Below, in pieces: positions 25,941-40,125 of a DNA stretch of 64,000 bases (positions are counted from its first letter, which is position 1; each line of letters begins with the position of its first letter). The position numbers and the translations under genes were made by a program. The notes under the pieces were generated by a model. It saw only the letters and a program-made list of their open reading frames with translations, was not told where the DNA came from and did no database searches. The DNA comes from Octopus vulgaris (Eukaryota): positions 34,472,001 to 34,536,000 of the forward strand of contig OX597834.1 in the NCBI GenBank assembly GCA_951406725.2, given 5' to 3'.

Positions 25941-27419
25941 GGGGTCTAAAAAGAGAGATGAAAATGAAAGGTAGGGCTGGAAATGTGGAATGATAGGAGA
26001 TGCAAACAATTTTGCTTAAATATCTAAGAAATACATGTCACAAAATCTGAGAATAAAATGTTAATTGGTGACAGAATTACATTACATATTGAAACATGCA
26101 CACAGACATACATGTGTGAAAGCAGATATGCTCACAGAGCATTCTGTAAAGCATATTACATGCTCACACGCACATACTGACAAACATACACAATATATAC
26201 ATCATACAAACACTCACAATACATTTACAGCACACAAACAAACTCATGCATATACTATACAGTCACCATTCACAAACAATACATACACCACATATTCACT
26301 GTACACAAATACACACATACATACAATGACACACCATACAGTCAATGTATACAAATACACACATGCAACAGACTCACACACTACATACATACAGACACAA
26401 AAAAATGTTCTCATTTTGAAGTTTGTACTTCAATAAAATCACATCTTGTAAGAGAGATTAGTATTGAATTACAAAACAGTAATTATTTTTCTTAATGGTA
26501 ACTTTGAGGGAATGAAGAAATCAAAGGAACTAGTGTCAAATCTCTGTCTGGGAGTTATGTAGAATGGTGTTTAGTTCTTTAGAAATCACTGTGAAAGAGG
26601 AGAGGGGGGAGCGGACAAGAGAGAGGGATAGATGAGAGGGTGGACGGAGATTGATACATAATGAAGTGGATATATATATATATATGTGTGTGTGTGTGAA
26701 TAGATATATCGATAGATAGATAGATGATTGGATAGGTAGACAGGACAGAATATAGATAGGTAATATAGTTAGATAGGTAGATAAATAGAGATAGGTAGAT
26801 AGGCAGATGGACACTTAGATATGCTGGTTTGTAAGGAAATAGAGCAGAGCAAGCTACTTGTGGTCACACATCCTCAAAACAGACCTATCTTCGCAGATCT
26901 TATTTCAAAAGACTGAGACATATTTAAAGATGAGAAGAGGAGGGGAGGAAATATCAACAGCCAAGAAATCTCCTATTATCATATCCTGAGATTATTGGCA
27001 GAGGTGAGACATGGAATATCCTTCCATCATGTACACATGTGCACACACATGCACACGCGCACACACACACACACACACACACACATGCACAAACTTTACT
27101 AGTCAAGGAGAGCTGGGAACACAGGTAGAGAGAGAGAGAGAGAGGGGTGAGAGTTGGCGGGACTGCCGTATGGTGATCTGTTCTGGTTTGCAAGAGAATT
27201 TTTAATATAATTCTTTTACTACTTTCAGGCTGGGGTTCCAAGAGTTGGTCATATCAACTCTAGTACTTATATTATCGATATCTATTTATCAAATGTCTAA
27301 GTTATACTTTCTGATTTAACAATTATAATCTGGGTTAATAATAACAGTTCTGATACCAACCTCCCCTGTACCACCATCATCATTACCAGCTCACTCTAAT
27401 ATGTTCCCTTCTTTATCAC

Positions 27420-27467
<48 letters not shown>

Positions 27468-28056
27468 CTAACCTCACTCAAGTACTCACTCATACTCACA
27501 CATTACAGTGACTCTCAACTGCCGTCTACCAGCCACAGCTATGCAGTGTCTACTTCTACCAATCTTCTATTGATTGATTCTGATGTCTTTCTTAATAAAT
27601 CCGCTATTGTATTGATTGCTTAAAGGAAGAAGCTTCTCTGTAGACATTCTATCAATCAGCTGTGTAGTATCTTAAGCAATGTGCCACAAATAGAAGAGAA
27701 ATGTGTGTGAATGCACGTGCTTGTGTGCGTGTGCATGTGGATTTCTCGTTGTTGTTGTTGTTGTTGTTGTACTGCACAAACAACGGTGAAGGAGGACTTC
27801 CATTTCAAGTTCCTTCCCATCTTCATGGTGTTGGCTGAAAAAAATAGAATTTCTTCACTTTTTATTCCTGACTCTGTTTTAATTTGTTTTATGTTTGTTT
27901 TCTTCTACTTCTTAAATATTCAGATATCTCTGACCTACAGTGGTTTAATTGCTGTGTGGCAGGGGGATGGACATAGGATTGTGCACAGAGATATAGCTGC
28001 ATAAACTCTCTCACACAACACATACATATGTATAGAAATCTCTCTCACTCTCTTCG

Positions 28057-28094
<38 letters not shown>

Positions 28095-28121
28095 CATACA
28101 TACAGACAGACAGACAGACAG

Positions 28122-28154
<33 letters not shown>

Positions 28155-28162
28155 GACATACA

Positions 28163-28194
<32 letters not shown>

Positions 28195-28207
28195 CACACA
28201 CATACCT

Positions 28208-28575
28208 AATCATCATCATCATCATCATTTTACTTCACATTTCCATGTGTACATTAAATGGATGGGTACCTTCCAGCACAGTGTTTCATCACTTGTCACA
28301 ATCCTGTTATCTCCTTTGTGAAGTTCAGCCTCTTGAGATCAGCCTTACACCTTTTCTTCCCATGTCTTGCTTGGTCTTCTTTAGATTCATTCCACTTGGA
28401 TCACACTGCACTTCTTTACCAGTTTGCTTACCTCCATATGCATCAGTAGATCTGTACCAGCTCCATCTTCTCTCAGGCATACTACATCTGATTTCTTTTC
28501 TACCCAGTTTTTCTCAGTTCATTTGTGCTCCATCGTTCATACAAATTACGTTACACAACCAGTAGTGCATACTTA
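28208..28575 (-). mobile_element. RTE-like LINE 3' tail ending in (ATG)n
   Basis: Degenerate EKLG..IRCS..ERR..W...G.....KT translation on the minus strand. (CAT)n run at 28208-28227. Confidence 0.5.
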
Positions 28576-30029
28576 TTTTATTTATTTCCAACCTATGTAG
28601 TTGGCAAAAACATTAGCTTCGCAACCATGTCATTTCAAGTTTAAGCTCACAACTCAGTACTAAGTAACTGTCTTCAACCATAGCATCTGGCTAACCAAGT
28701 GCCTTGTAAGTGAAAATAGGTAGACAGAATCTAGGTGCAAGCCCATGGTACACATACACACACAACATCATCGTTTTAACCTCCATTTTCCATGTTGGCA
28801 TTGGATGGATGATTTGACAAAATCCAGCAAAATGCAAGGTTGTATCAAGTTCCAAAATCAAATTTGGTATTGTTTCTGTGGTTTGATGCTCTTCCTAACT
28901 CTAACCACTTAACTGTGTGTACTGGGTGAAGTTGCCAACTAACTTGCAAGGCAGGAAAAGAGCAGATAAAAGCCCTTTTGACTAAGTGGTGGTGAGTAGT
29001 ATTTGAAAGGCTAAAGTATGATAAAGGGATATGTGCAAATGTCATGCTACAAAGAAGATACATGGTTACCCTGTATAACATAAGTATGGGTAAGAACAGT
29101 TGAGAAGATAAAGATGGTAGTGATGGGGAGTGAGAGCAAACCCTAAGGATACAAGAATATGAGTATAAGACAGGATATAGACTGTAGATTGGGAGGGAGA
29201 AAGGAGATTAGTTTCATAAAAGTGTAAGGGGAGTGTAATATATAGAGATTGAGGGTTGATGGTGAATGTAGTGGGTGAGGAATAATGATGCAATTGATGG
29301 GAAATAATAGTAGGGAGAGGGTGTAAGGTGAGAGGAGTGGAAATGGTTCAGGAATAATAGATCAGGAAGTAGAGGGGTTGTGTGCAAGGTGTAGGAACAG
29401 AAGGGAAGGAGACATGGAGGTACATATAGCGAGAGTGAGAGAGGGCATGATGAATGATAACAGATACGTGTAGATGCATGTGCATATCTTTTGCTGATGT
29501 ATATTGACAAAGGAAGCAAACATCAGTGAAAAGCCAGTGCTCTTCAAACAAATTCCTTTGCACTAAGTTACAGATACTCCTTTGTCACTGTTGCTATTAG
29601 AAATGCATTGAACCAGTGATTGGTCTGTTGGAAAACTATCACAAATTGTGATATAAAAATAAGTGGGGAGAGATGAGAAGAGAGATGGCTGGGTGTAAAA
29701 ACCATTAGATGATAGGGACATATGGTATATCGTTGGGAGCACATTATTAGAAACAGTGAAACAGTAACAGACTAGTAACAATTAATTCTGTGTTAGCCCT
29801 CTCAGAGCAATGTTGAACTCTATGAAACCTCAAAAATGTATGTGTCTAGGTTTCCAATTGATTCAGGTATTTGTTCTAATATAAACTTAATCAAGTTTAC
29901 ATTACTTACATTATAGAACTGTATTAATCAAGCTTATTACTAATTAATTTCTGCTGTAAGCTGTTGTCACACCTATATTCTTTCTGGTATTACATCTCTA
30001 TTATTAACAGGATTCACCACATTATATAA

Positions 30030-30069
<40 letters not shown>

Positions 30070-30559
30070 TCGTTGTTTTAACGTCTACTTTATTTCATGC
30101 ATGCATCGGTTGAACAGAATTTGTTGTAACAAATTTTCAATGGGTGGATGCCCTTCCTGTCACCAACCCTCATGGGGAAATATTAACTTGCTTGGAAACA
30201 AGTAAAAGTTGGCAACAGGAAGGGTATCTGATTATCAAATATCTACTTCAGCAAATTCTCTCTAACCCATATAAGTATGAAAAAGTGGATGTTAAAATGA
30301 TGATGATTGTGTGTGTGTGTGTGTGTGTGTGCATGTGCGTGCGCATGCATGTGTGTGTGTGTGTATATATATATATCATGCTAGCATGGAACACAGACAT
30401 TAAATGATGATGATGATTATGATGATATATAAACTTAATATTTACTGAAGTTGTCTGTTAATCTAATTCAGGGTGTTTGCATGTCATTTTGGTCAAGCTT
30501 CCTTTGCTATGCATTGCATTGTGTTCGTGAATAATAATGTTATGGTTGGATAGTTTTGA

Positions 30560-30769
30560 TATAGAAAATTTTGCTTCAGTCAAAAGTAGAGAATTTTAAG
30601 GACTTGTTGGTGAAATATTTATCTTGCAACTTGAGTTTCAACAAGTGGCATGAAACTAGAGTCTTGAGATAAATATTCAATTTCAGTAAACCATATACTT
30701 TACAACATACAGGCACACACAAACACACACATGCATGTGCACACAAACACACACACACACACATGCATA

Positions 30770-30837
<68 letters not shown>

Positions 30838-31018
30838 TACAAACACGTCTAAATGTTGAAGTGTGTTAAATGAATGAGATTGGAGTGCTCAATATATGTT
30901 GTAGAGTATATTTATCTCATGGCTTGAGTTTCATGCCACTGATTGAAATTCAAGTTGCAAGATAAACATTTCACAAATGAGTCATTACAATTTCCTAATC
31001 TTGACCAAAAGAAAATTC
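30560..31018. repeat. Long inverted repeat (~130-bp arms) enclosing a (CA)n tract
   Basis: GTGAAATATTTATCTTGCAACTTGAGTTTCAACAAGTGGCATGAAACT..GAGATAAATAT is matched by its reverse complement at ~30908-30975. Confidence 0.88.
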
Positions 31019-31329
31019 TTACCAAGAAAACCAACTTACCATAACATCAATATTTACAAACATAATGCAACACATACCAAAACAAACTTGACTGAAATAA
31101 CATACAATCTTAAGTAAATGAATGGACAAATTCAGTAAATATACCAAAATAAAACAACAAAAATTAAAAACTTGCCCCCTCAAAAATAAACACCATGCCA
31201 CAAAATGGTTAGGCAGAAAAATAACAACTAATGAATAAACAGAAGGAAACGAAACTACACCAACATAGACATACAGCCATACTAGGTTTTATCAGTTTTC
31301 ATCAAACAATTGTGGTGGTATGAAGCTCA

Positions 31330-31698
31330 GTACCTGTGCTGGCACCACATAAAAGGCACCCATGCTGGTGCCATGTAAAAAGCACTTGTGCTAATGCCAT
31401 GTAAAACACACCCATGCTAGCGCTGTACAAAAGTGCCTGTGCAGACACAATGCAAAGAGCACCCATGCTGGTGCCACATGAAAAGTACCCATCCTGGTAC
31501 TACCTAAAAAATTACCATGCCGGTTCTACATAAAAAGCACCCAAGACACTCTGTAAAGTAGTTGGCATTGGGAAGGGTTTCCAACCAGAGAAACCATGCC
31601 AAAACAGACAAGAGCCTGATGCAGCTCTCCAGCTTGACAGCTCCTGTCAAACCATCCCACCTATGCCAACATGGAAAATGGACATTAAACAATCATGA
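31330..31698 (+). mobile_element. Related element with ~8 tandem 26-bp units
   Basis: Unit ~TGCTGGTGCCACATAAAAAGCACCCA followed by the same body as 8999-9445. Confidence 0.75.
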
Positions 31699-31799
31699 TA
31701 TATATGTACATTTATATACATACATTCATATGTGCATGTGTATGGTCGTTGTCTACTCCTTATGCAGAGTTTGATCAACTCCTGTACCTACACCTTAAG

Positions 31800-32700
31800 C
31801 ACCATCATGGCATCTGATGTGACTTTTTAAACCAGACAATGTTCTGAAAAGACACCCACACAGATTGCACATCCGATTTGGACCACTTTGTGGATCTTAA
31901 AATATCTTTTGAGGCCCCCATTGAATTTGCAAACCTTCTGGCATACACTGCATTCAAAGGTGTGCACAGACATAGAGGCAGAATAGTTGGTGGAGGTTTG
32001 TTTTCCATGGGTTGGCAGATGAAATTTGGGACATTGTTGGTGCATAAATACTGACAACGGTAAGAAACCTACCTTTTGTCATTTTAATACAGCATGACAT
32101 GATGCATTCAGATATACCACTTGGAATCTCTGCAATGGAGGATACTAATGTATTCTTGGGAGCAAACACAACACCAGATTCTCTATGCTGACCCTTAGAT
32201 AGGCCTCTCCAAAAGTATATCCATAATTTGGTTCATTTACCTGACCCTCACCAGAGAGACAAGTTTCAGAGAGCACAACTATATCAAAGGAATATTTCTT
32301 AAGCTCACATGCAGTAAGTGCAGTATGCCTTTCTGGCCTCTTGTTAAAATTTTCATCAAGAAGTGTGCGCACATTCCAACAGCCAAAATTCAAAGGATGG
32401 TTATTTTTACTTTTTCTTGAAGATTGTTTAATCACAGTGGCAGGATGATGACTGGGTCCAGCCTGTGATACACTGGGACACCTGCTGAGCCAGGCCTGTT
32501 CCACTAATGTTTCCAAGCCTTTTTTGCCATTTACTGAATATGTTTGAGACATTTTAGGGTAAGTTACAAGTGCATTTTTAGGTTTCTGCCAACCAACCAA
32601 TTCAATGATTTTACTAAGATTTGGAGTACAGGAAGTACCTGTGATGATGAATAATTTTCAGTAGGTGTAGCTTGCACTGCACGATCCTCACCAATTGGCC
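31800..32700 (-). mobile_element. Internally deleted RTE-clade LINE (APE endonuclease N-terminus plus C-terminal C2H2-like finger)
   Basis: NFGCWNVRTLLD..RPERHTAL.ACELKKY.FDIVVLSETCLSGEGQ, then (frameshifted) SIYAPTM, then FECSVCQKVCKFNGGLKRYFKIH. No RT domain in between. Confidence 0.82.
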
Positions 32701-32844
32701 CAAGAAGACTTTTGCCAGTGTGACATGAAAATTGACAAAACCTGGAACTTCAAGGCCTCAGGTTTTACTTCAAAGAGTTCCTCTGTGTGTGTGTGTGTGT
32801 ATATATACACACATATATACACACACATATATATGTATATTTGC

Positions 32845-32886
<42 letters not shown>

Positions 32887-32958
32887 GCTGTGTTCCAGCA
32901 TAGCTGCAGTGTCAAATGACTTAAAGAATAAAAGAATATACATACATACAGATATACA

Positions 32959-32989
<31 letters not shown>

Positions 32990-33750
32990 ATCTATATGAA
33001 AACACAAAGGTAGAGCTGCTCAACTACCTTCTTTATGGTCTTCCTATTCCTGCTTGTAAGTGGGGTGAGAGGTGAACATGTATAACAATATTCACTAGAT
33101 GTAAGGTGTCATAGTCTCATGTTACACAACCAAATTATTTATTTCCTTGCACTTTGTTGCTTTAACTAATAACATATATATATATGTGTGCGTGTGTGTG
33201 TGTGTGTGTATAGCTGGAAAAGGAGATCTATCTACTCTTATCTGTATAAAACTGATTTATTTATACGCACACACACCACAAGCAGACGCTAACACATACA
33301 GGATTATATCTGTGATCATCTTTATCAAACACAAAATATTACATGAGTAAATAATTAAAATTATCTTAGAGATCTTCAGAATTTATTTCTCAGTTACATA
33401 ACTGCTAAAGAATTTTATCTATTGTTGTTGTTGTTGAATTAAATAGTACATATTTAAATATAAAAAAAAAAAAACAAGAAAAAAGAGATTCAAATCTAAC
33501 ACTTCTGACAGCATTCATAGCATCACTGCTTTTAACCTTCTCTTAAATTTCCAAACAATATTACTCATTTATTGTCATTTTTGCTGGGTTATTTTTTTTT
33601 ATCTTTTCCTCAGAATTTTTCAACACTTTTACAAGCTTTGAATTATTAAATAGTTAAAGTAAAAAAAAAAAAACAAAAAAAAACGAATAAATAAATAAAA
33701 ACTCTTGTAACAAATAAGATACTTTTTGCAGTGATGTAGCAATGAAGTAT

Positions 33751-33806
<56 letters not shown>
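33751..33806. repeat. (TAG)n microsatellite
   Basis: About 18 perfect units. Confidence 0.95.
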
Positions 33807-33807
<1 letters not shown>

Positions 33808-34374
33808 CACACACACCCCAGACTTTCTTCATTGGTATCTGATAAAAAGCAAACTGTAATAAAATAATAAAAATTAAGGCTAAAATTCCATTTTATTTTG
33901 TTTTGTTTTATCATTGTATTTAGTAATCTAATGGAAGGATTTTATTTAATGACTTTCAGAAAAATGCATCCAACAAGAATATTTTCTGACAGTTTGATAG
34001 AAAGAAATTTTTTTGAAAAATAAACAAATAAATAAAACTCGTCAACCGAGCTTAATTATTTCAGTCAAAATAAAACTTCAGTTAACATTGACAGAGAATC
34101 ACAGTTCCTAAATGTGGTAAATCATATTCTAAACAAATGGCACAGCAGTGCCTACCAAATAATGGGCAAATGTATATGTGTATATATATATATATATGGC
34201 ATTAGGAACAGCATCCAGCTGCAGGAACCATGCCAAATCAAACTGGAACTTGGTGCAACTCTCTGGCTTACCAGTTCCAGTCAAACTGTTTAACCCATGC
34301 CAGCATGGAAAGCAAATGCTAAATGATGATGATGATGATGATGATGCATACATACATACATATTTTACACTATT

Positions 34375-35355
34375 GCATGTTTCAGTCATTTGACTGCAGC
34401 CATGCTGGAGCACTGCCTTAAAGGGTTTTAGTTGAAGAAATTGACCCCAAGACATTCTTTGGAAGCCTAGTACTTATTCTATCAGTCTGTTTTGCAAAAC
34501 TGCCAAATTATGGAAACATAAACACACTAACATCAGTTGTCAAGACACAAAGAGACACACATAAATATACATATACATCAGTGGTGACTCCTGCACTCAG
34601 GCTGTATGCTTAGCCTGAGTATAAATTTAGTAAAGTGTGAACATGTATTTGCAAGCTGATTTAATTTCTGCCAATACTGACTTCAAGTATGTAATTTCAG
34701 CCAATAACTTGGGCTCCTATAATTGAGCTTGGTTGCAGCTCATTTATTTTCGTTCAGTGTCCGGTGGTCATTTTATAGGTGCCATGTGTCAAAAAATATC
34801 ATTTGTAGCAGACGTTCTCTTGATATTGTTCACACGTGCCTGACAAGCCTGGTGGGTGTAAAAGACTAACTGGCATCTCTTGTCAAGAGTACAGGCAACA
34901 GTCAGATCACTGATGTTTGTTGTACACTCTACTGTGATTATTTGATTGCTGTTAATCTGTGCACTTGTGTGTAAGGATCAGTTGTGTTTTGCAAGGATGC
35001 TTTATTTTTACCTTTAACTTACAAATGGAGAAATACATAGTGCTAGATATAAAAAATAAGCCATTTGGGGTTAGAAATATTAAGGGAAAACATGAAAATT
35101 TTCAAGCAGGCATGTGTCTTATGCAAAATCTGTAATGAGCCCAAGTGATGCTGATGACCTGGAGTCACCTCTGATATACATATATATATCTATATATGAC
35201 AGGCTTCTTTCAGTTTCCATCTACCAAATCCACTCATAAGGCTTTGGTTGGCCCAAGGCTATAGGAGAAGGCACTTACCCAAGTTGCCATGCAGTGCAAC
35301 TAAACCTGGAACCATGTGGTTGAGAAGCAAGTTTCTTACCACACACCTACACCTG
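34375..35355 (-). mobile_element. Abundant octopus tRNA-SINE (OK-like) with internal microsatellite, interrupted by hAT element
   Basis: Head GTGTGGTAAGAAACTTGCTTCTCAACCACATGGTTCCAGGTTTAG...CTTGGGTAAGTG. The same family recurs at ~1-160, 330-690, 3830-3980, 6600-6915, 16335-16765, 24515-24620, 25005-25135 and 41120-41935. Confidence 0.75.
34579..35173. mobile_element. Non-autonomous hAT-like element nested in a SINE
   Basis: TIR CAGTGGTGACTCCTG / CTGGAGTCACCTCTG. Perfect 8-bp TSD atatacat at 34571-34578 and 35174-35181. Confidence 0.78.
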
Positions 35356-35699
35356 TATATGTGTGTTCATTGACCAACTATCATACCTAGTACTTCTTGA
35401 CCTGGCGAAAATGTTTAGCAGAGCACCTTCTTCTGTAGTCTAGTGTTCAGCAACTAAGCTAACTGGCTTATGAGAGCTGTACAGAGACATAAGCAAACTG
35501 AGGGTTAGTAATGAGCTCAGCAAAAAATTAAGTGTAGAGACAAGTGCTCATCAGAGTTCATTGTAAGTCCTCTGCTGTTTTATTTCAGTTTTTCAAGCTA
35601 TAACAGTGGCATTTAAAACTAGCTGTCCATAGGTATTCCTATAATATATTATAGCTGAATCTTAAGATTTAATAAAGAAATTCCAAACATGGATGCAAA

Positions 35700-36570
35700 A
35701 TCTGGAATTTAGAGGCCTCAAATAAACTTCAACCAAATTAAATGGTAGCTCTTGGATGGATGTTATCTGTCTTTACTTCACCAAAACTTTTAATTTAGTG
35801 ACACACAAACAACCTATAATGAAGCTCTCTGCAGTAAACTAACCTTTATAACTGATTGACATTCTGCATTCTCAGTTGAAAAGAGATAGCCATGAGACTA
35901 GAACAACATTCTTCACCCTATGTGATAATATTTGAAGTTCTACGAAGATCTATTCTTCATCCTGTTGATTGTTGCATATATTAAAGAAACAGATGCATGT
36001 TGCTGTGTTAAAATATGCAGATAACATTAAACTGTAATTTCAGATAAAAAAGATTCTATATGCTATAGATCTTTCCTGCAATCTGACCTGGCCACATTGC
36101 AGCAATAGCTTATTGGCTATAGGCAAATGCATCTCTACACACTATGAGAGGAAATACCCAGAATTTGGAATATCTTGTCCAGAATATTGATCTCATGGAT
36201 GCTGTCCAGAGATGTGCAACAAGACAAATACCATCCATCAATCACTTATCATATCTTGAACATCTTGCTTCTCTGGACATCGACATACTAAAGCTTCAAT
36301 ATATAACAGCTGACTTGGTAAAGGCTCACAAGATTATCCACCATTTTTACCACAACAGTTTTGGCCACCGTTTCAAAATCAATTTTGCTACCATACATGA
36401 ACATGATTATAAAATCTAAAAACAGTATAGCAACCATGTCATTTGAAAACTTTCTTTTCACACTCAGGCTTGTCAAAGCATAGAATAAACAACCCACATC
36501 AATTGTTCTGTCAAAACACTGTATCCTTCAGAAAATCAATGCTTCCCAAAATTCACCAACAGCACTCCTG
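35700..36570 (+). mobile_element. CR1/L2-like LINE 3' fragment (degenerate RT and C-terminus)
   Basis: KYADNIKL (YADD-like) near 36012. IDLMDAVQRCATRQIPSINHLSYLEHLASLD...ADLVKAHKI resembles CR1 'LERVQRRAT...LSYEERL...GDLI..YKI'. Confidence 0.78.
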
Positions 36571-37064
36571 ACATGCCTGTATACTTTTTCCTCTTCATGG
36601 CTCTCTAATTGTTTAGTTTTCTATCTTGTGTCTTATCCTGTGTATTTTGGCTATCATTAGTCTTTTTTTTTTTTACTTGACTTATTACTGACTTCCATCC
36701 CTCTTTTTTAAAGAGCTGTAGTGCACCAGAACACTATATACAATAAACACATTTATTACATTTAGAGGAGTGCAGAGAGACTCTTTGTTTACTAGTTTGG
36801 ATAATATTCAAAATCTGACAGCAAACAGGGCAGGTCACCACCACCACCATGAAATTCCCAAAAGAATATGGTCTTTTGAGAGTGGGCATATGGCTTGTGA
36901 ATGTATGGAATATGGGATTATAGTCAGCATTCTTCTGCAACCAGATCAGCTCAATATCTCCACCATACAACCTGTCCCCCTAAAAAATAAAGGCTTTTTG
37001 TAATATTTTTCTTTACTTACTGACTTACTCTGTAATGATAATTTGTAACTTACATGCAAAGAAT

Positions 37065-37280
37065 AACAGTCAATTATATCATCCCTAAGTACATAACTGG
37101 TATAGTCACTTATATCTACTATCCCTGTATATGACTAATATAGTCAATTATATCAACCATTTGCAGTCATAACTGGTATTGTTACTTATATCTCCCATCT
37201 TCAGTTTATGACTAAAATAGTCACTTATATCTACCATCTTCAAGTACATGATTGGTATGGTCAATTATACTAACTCTCAG
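37065..37280. repeat. Minisatellite, ~40-bp unit x5
   Basis: Recurring TAGTCA(A/C)TTATATC..CCATC...AAGTACAT(A/G)ACTGGTA. Confidence 0.75.
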
Positions 37281-39325
37281 AAATATGAAAGGTAAAATCA
37301 AGTGTGTAAATATAATTAATAAGCTAAATTTCAACCAAAATGAAAATTATAATTGACTAGAAAGTATATGTGTGGTAGGTGGATATGTGAGCAAGAGTGC
37401 ATGTGTGTTAGATTGTATGCATACAAATGTTTGCATGTGTGAAAGTGCACATGTGTGAGGGAGTATGAATGAGCATGTGTTCAAATGCAAGAGCACCAGA
37501 TGTAGAAATCAAAAGTAAGATCTCTGCTAGGTACATGTAGTATCAAAATACAATAACTTCTGAGTAAGTGTATCTAGTAATATGTAGTACATTAAGGGTA
37601 GTTAGCTTGCAAAAACACATTCCTCATCAATCCTTGCTTATTTGTCGTAAAATGTAGCTGCTTCTTAAGCAGGTGAGAGATAAAAGAAAATCATAAAACT
37701 CCTTTTGGTCATGTCATCAGCATATCGTAACTAAAATTTCTCAGACAATCTATTACTTACCTCAGACATCCCAGGTGAACTAAGACAATGTAGAATAAAT
37801 TACTGTGAATCTACATTAGTGGTAATATTTGAACTCAAGTGATAGATTGGCAAAATAGTTACAGCTTTGGGCAAAATGTTAGCTGTGTTTTAATTATGTT
37901 CCTTTACATTCTGCGTTCCAATTCTGAATTCCAATTTTGTCTTTCATCTTTCTATGGTTGCAAATATCAAATACTAGTCAAGTATTGGGGATCAATTTAA
38001 TCAACTATACCCTCCATTCAAATTTACAAGTGTTAGAAATATAAATTGTTGGTAGGACACTACAAGCTAATGAATACACATGAATTATAAAGGCCTTAAC
38101 TTAAACTCTCTCACTGCATATAGAACTGCAACATATCACACCTAGTTTTCAAATTCTATAAATTTGCAGAATTTGAAAACTAGGTGTCTCAACCATGGAC
38201 ACAACAAGGCATTAAAAAGGAACAAGAAATCCCTTTCCAATATTAGCAGTAAAAACGAAAGGAAGCTTAGATAGCCATAAACTTAAATATAAATATAGAG
38301 GTGCATCATCAGAACCAGCAGAGGTGACAGACAAGATACCTTGTGATATTTATTTGTGTAGTTTTATATCCAGAGTTCAAATTACACAAGGTCAACTTTG
38401 CCTTTCATCCTTCCAGGGTCAATAACATAAGTAACAATTGCATATAGTGAGGAGAAGGGGAAATCAATCTAATCAACTCTACCCATTCCCTCATGTCTAT
38501 ATCAGAAATCAATATAGAGCCAGTCTCACTGATATTAACATAGGGAGAAAATTAATTAGATCACAGTTATTTTATCATGAACTTGTCGCTAGATTCATTG
38601 TTGTGGAATACTGTGAAAACTAAACTTATTGGGAAAAAAATAGGTCTTGCCAATATTCTCTAGTGAAAATCTAACTGGCTTGTGTAGAACTGGATTGAGG
38701 ATTCTATAATAAATTATTATTGCTTGCTTTCTTTTCATCAGTGCCAATAGAAATATATAACTGGTGTTTGAAGTGATAATATTCAGAATTAATTATACCA
38801 TCGGTTTCTAAATCATATGTTATATATAACTGTCTATAAAAAAAAAGTACAATTGAGTAGCAGACATCGGTAGGACACCAAACTAGCTAACAGTATTATT
38901 CAATCTAGTTTTACTACATTCTGAGTTGAAACTCCAGTAGAATTGACTTTACTCTCTACTCATTTGCATCTCTTCATGTTGATAGAATACATACCAGTAA
39001 TACTTCAACTGAAATTCAATTAAATTAATTACAGAATTTCTCTACGAAACTCACTGTTCTACCTAATTAAGTGACAGAATCTAGTTTTAAACCTTTGATG
39101 ACACACTATGGATGTAAAAGTATGGTACTGCTGCTTGACCACTGACTAAAAGGTGAAACTTTGTTGCAACAGGCTGATTTTGAACAGCTGACCAATCTTT
39201 TATCTTCCACTTATTTCAGTCATTAGACTGCAGCCATGCTGGGGCACCACCTTAAAGAATTTGTTTTAGTTGAATGAACTGACCCCATTATTCACATTAT
39301 TTCTCTACATGACTCAGTTTGTTAC

Positions 39326-39601
<276 letters not shown>

Positions 39602-39921
39602 GAATAATAGCTATATGAGCAGTACACACACACACACATACATGCAAGTATACAGTTGATTCCATTTAATTGTATAAATTGGTTAATTGCATAACTTTTA
39701 AAAACACTAAAGCATTTAAAATCAAATCTATGTAAAATTGACTGTTTAATTGCACATGCAAAATAAAGTCAATTTTGGTTACTTGCATAAGGTTTTCTTT
39801 CTTTTTTTTTCTTCTTTTTAGATTTTGCATAAAGAATTGGCACAATGTGACATAAAATTAAATAATTGATTTTATATCAATAAAGTGATTCTGAAAGTTT
39901 CTGTTTTTGTGATGAATTTAA

Positions 39922-40125
39922 CCCTACTGTTACCATATTTCTGTTGAAAATACACTACCTTTGTTTCAATTAATTTTGAAAATAATCAAGAATTTAGTAA
40001 AATAACTTTGTCATTAAGCTGGTGTTTGGAACAGAAATTAACATGAAATTTTAATGGAAAGTTTTAATTAGGAAGTTTGTATCACAGAAACAGAGGTAGT
40101 CTCAGATAGGCTGATATCAAAAGGG
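39922..40125. mobile_element. piggyBac-like MITE
   Basis: TTAA|CCCT...AGGG|TTAA with ~14-bp imperfect TIR. A reverse-oriented fragment of the same family lies at ~58380-58465. Confidence 0.75.
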
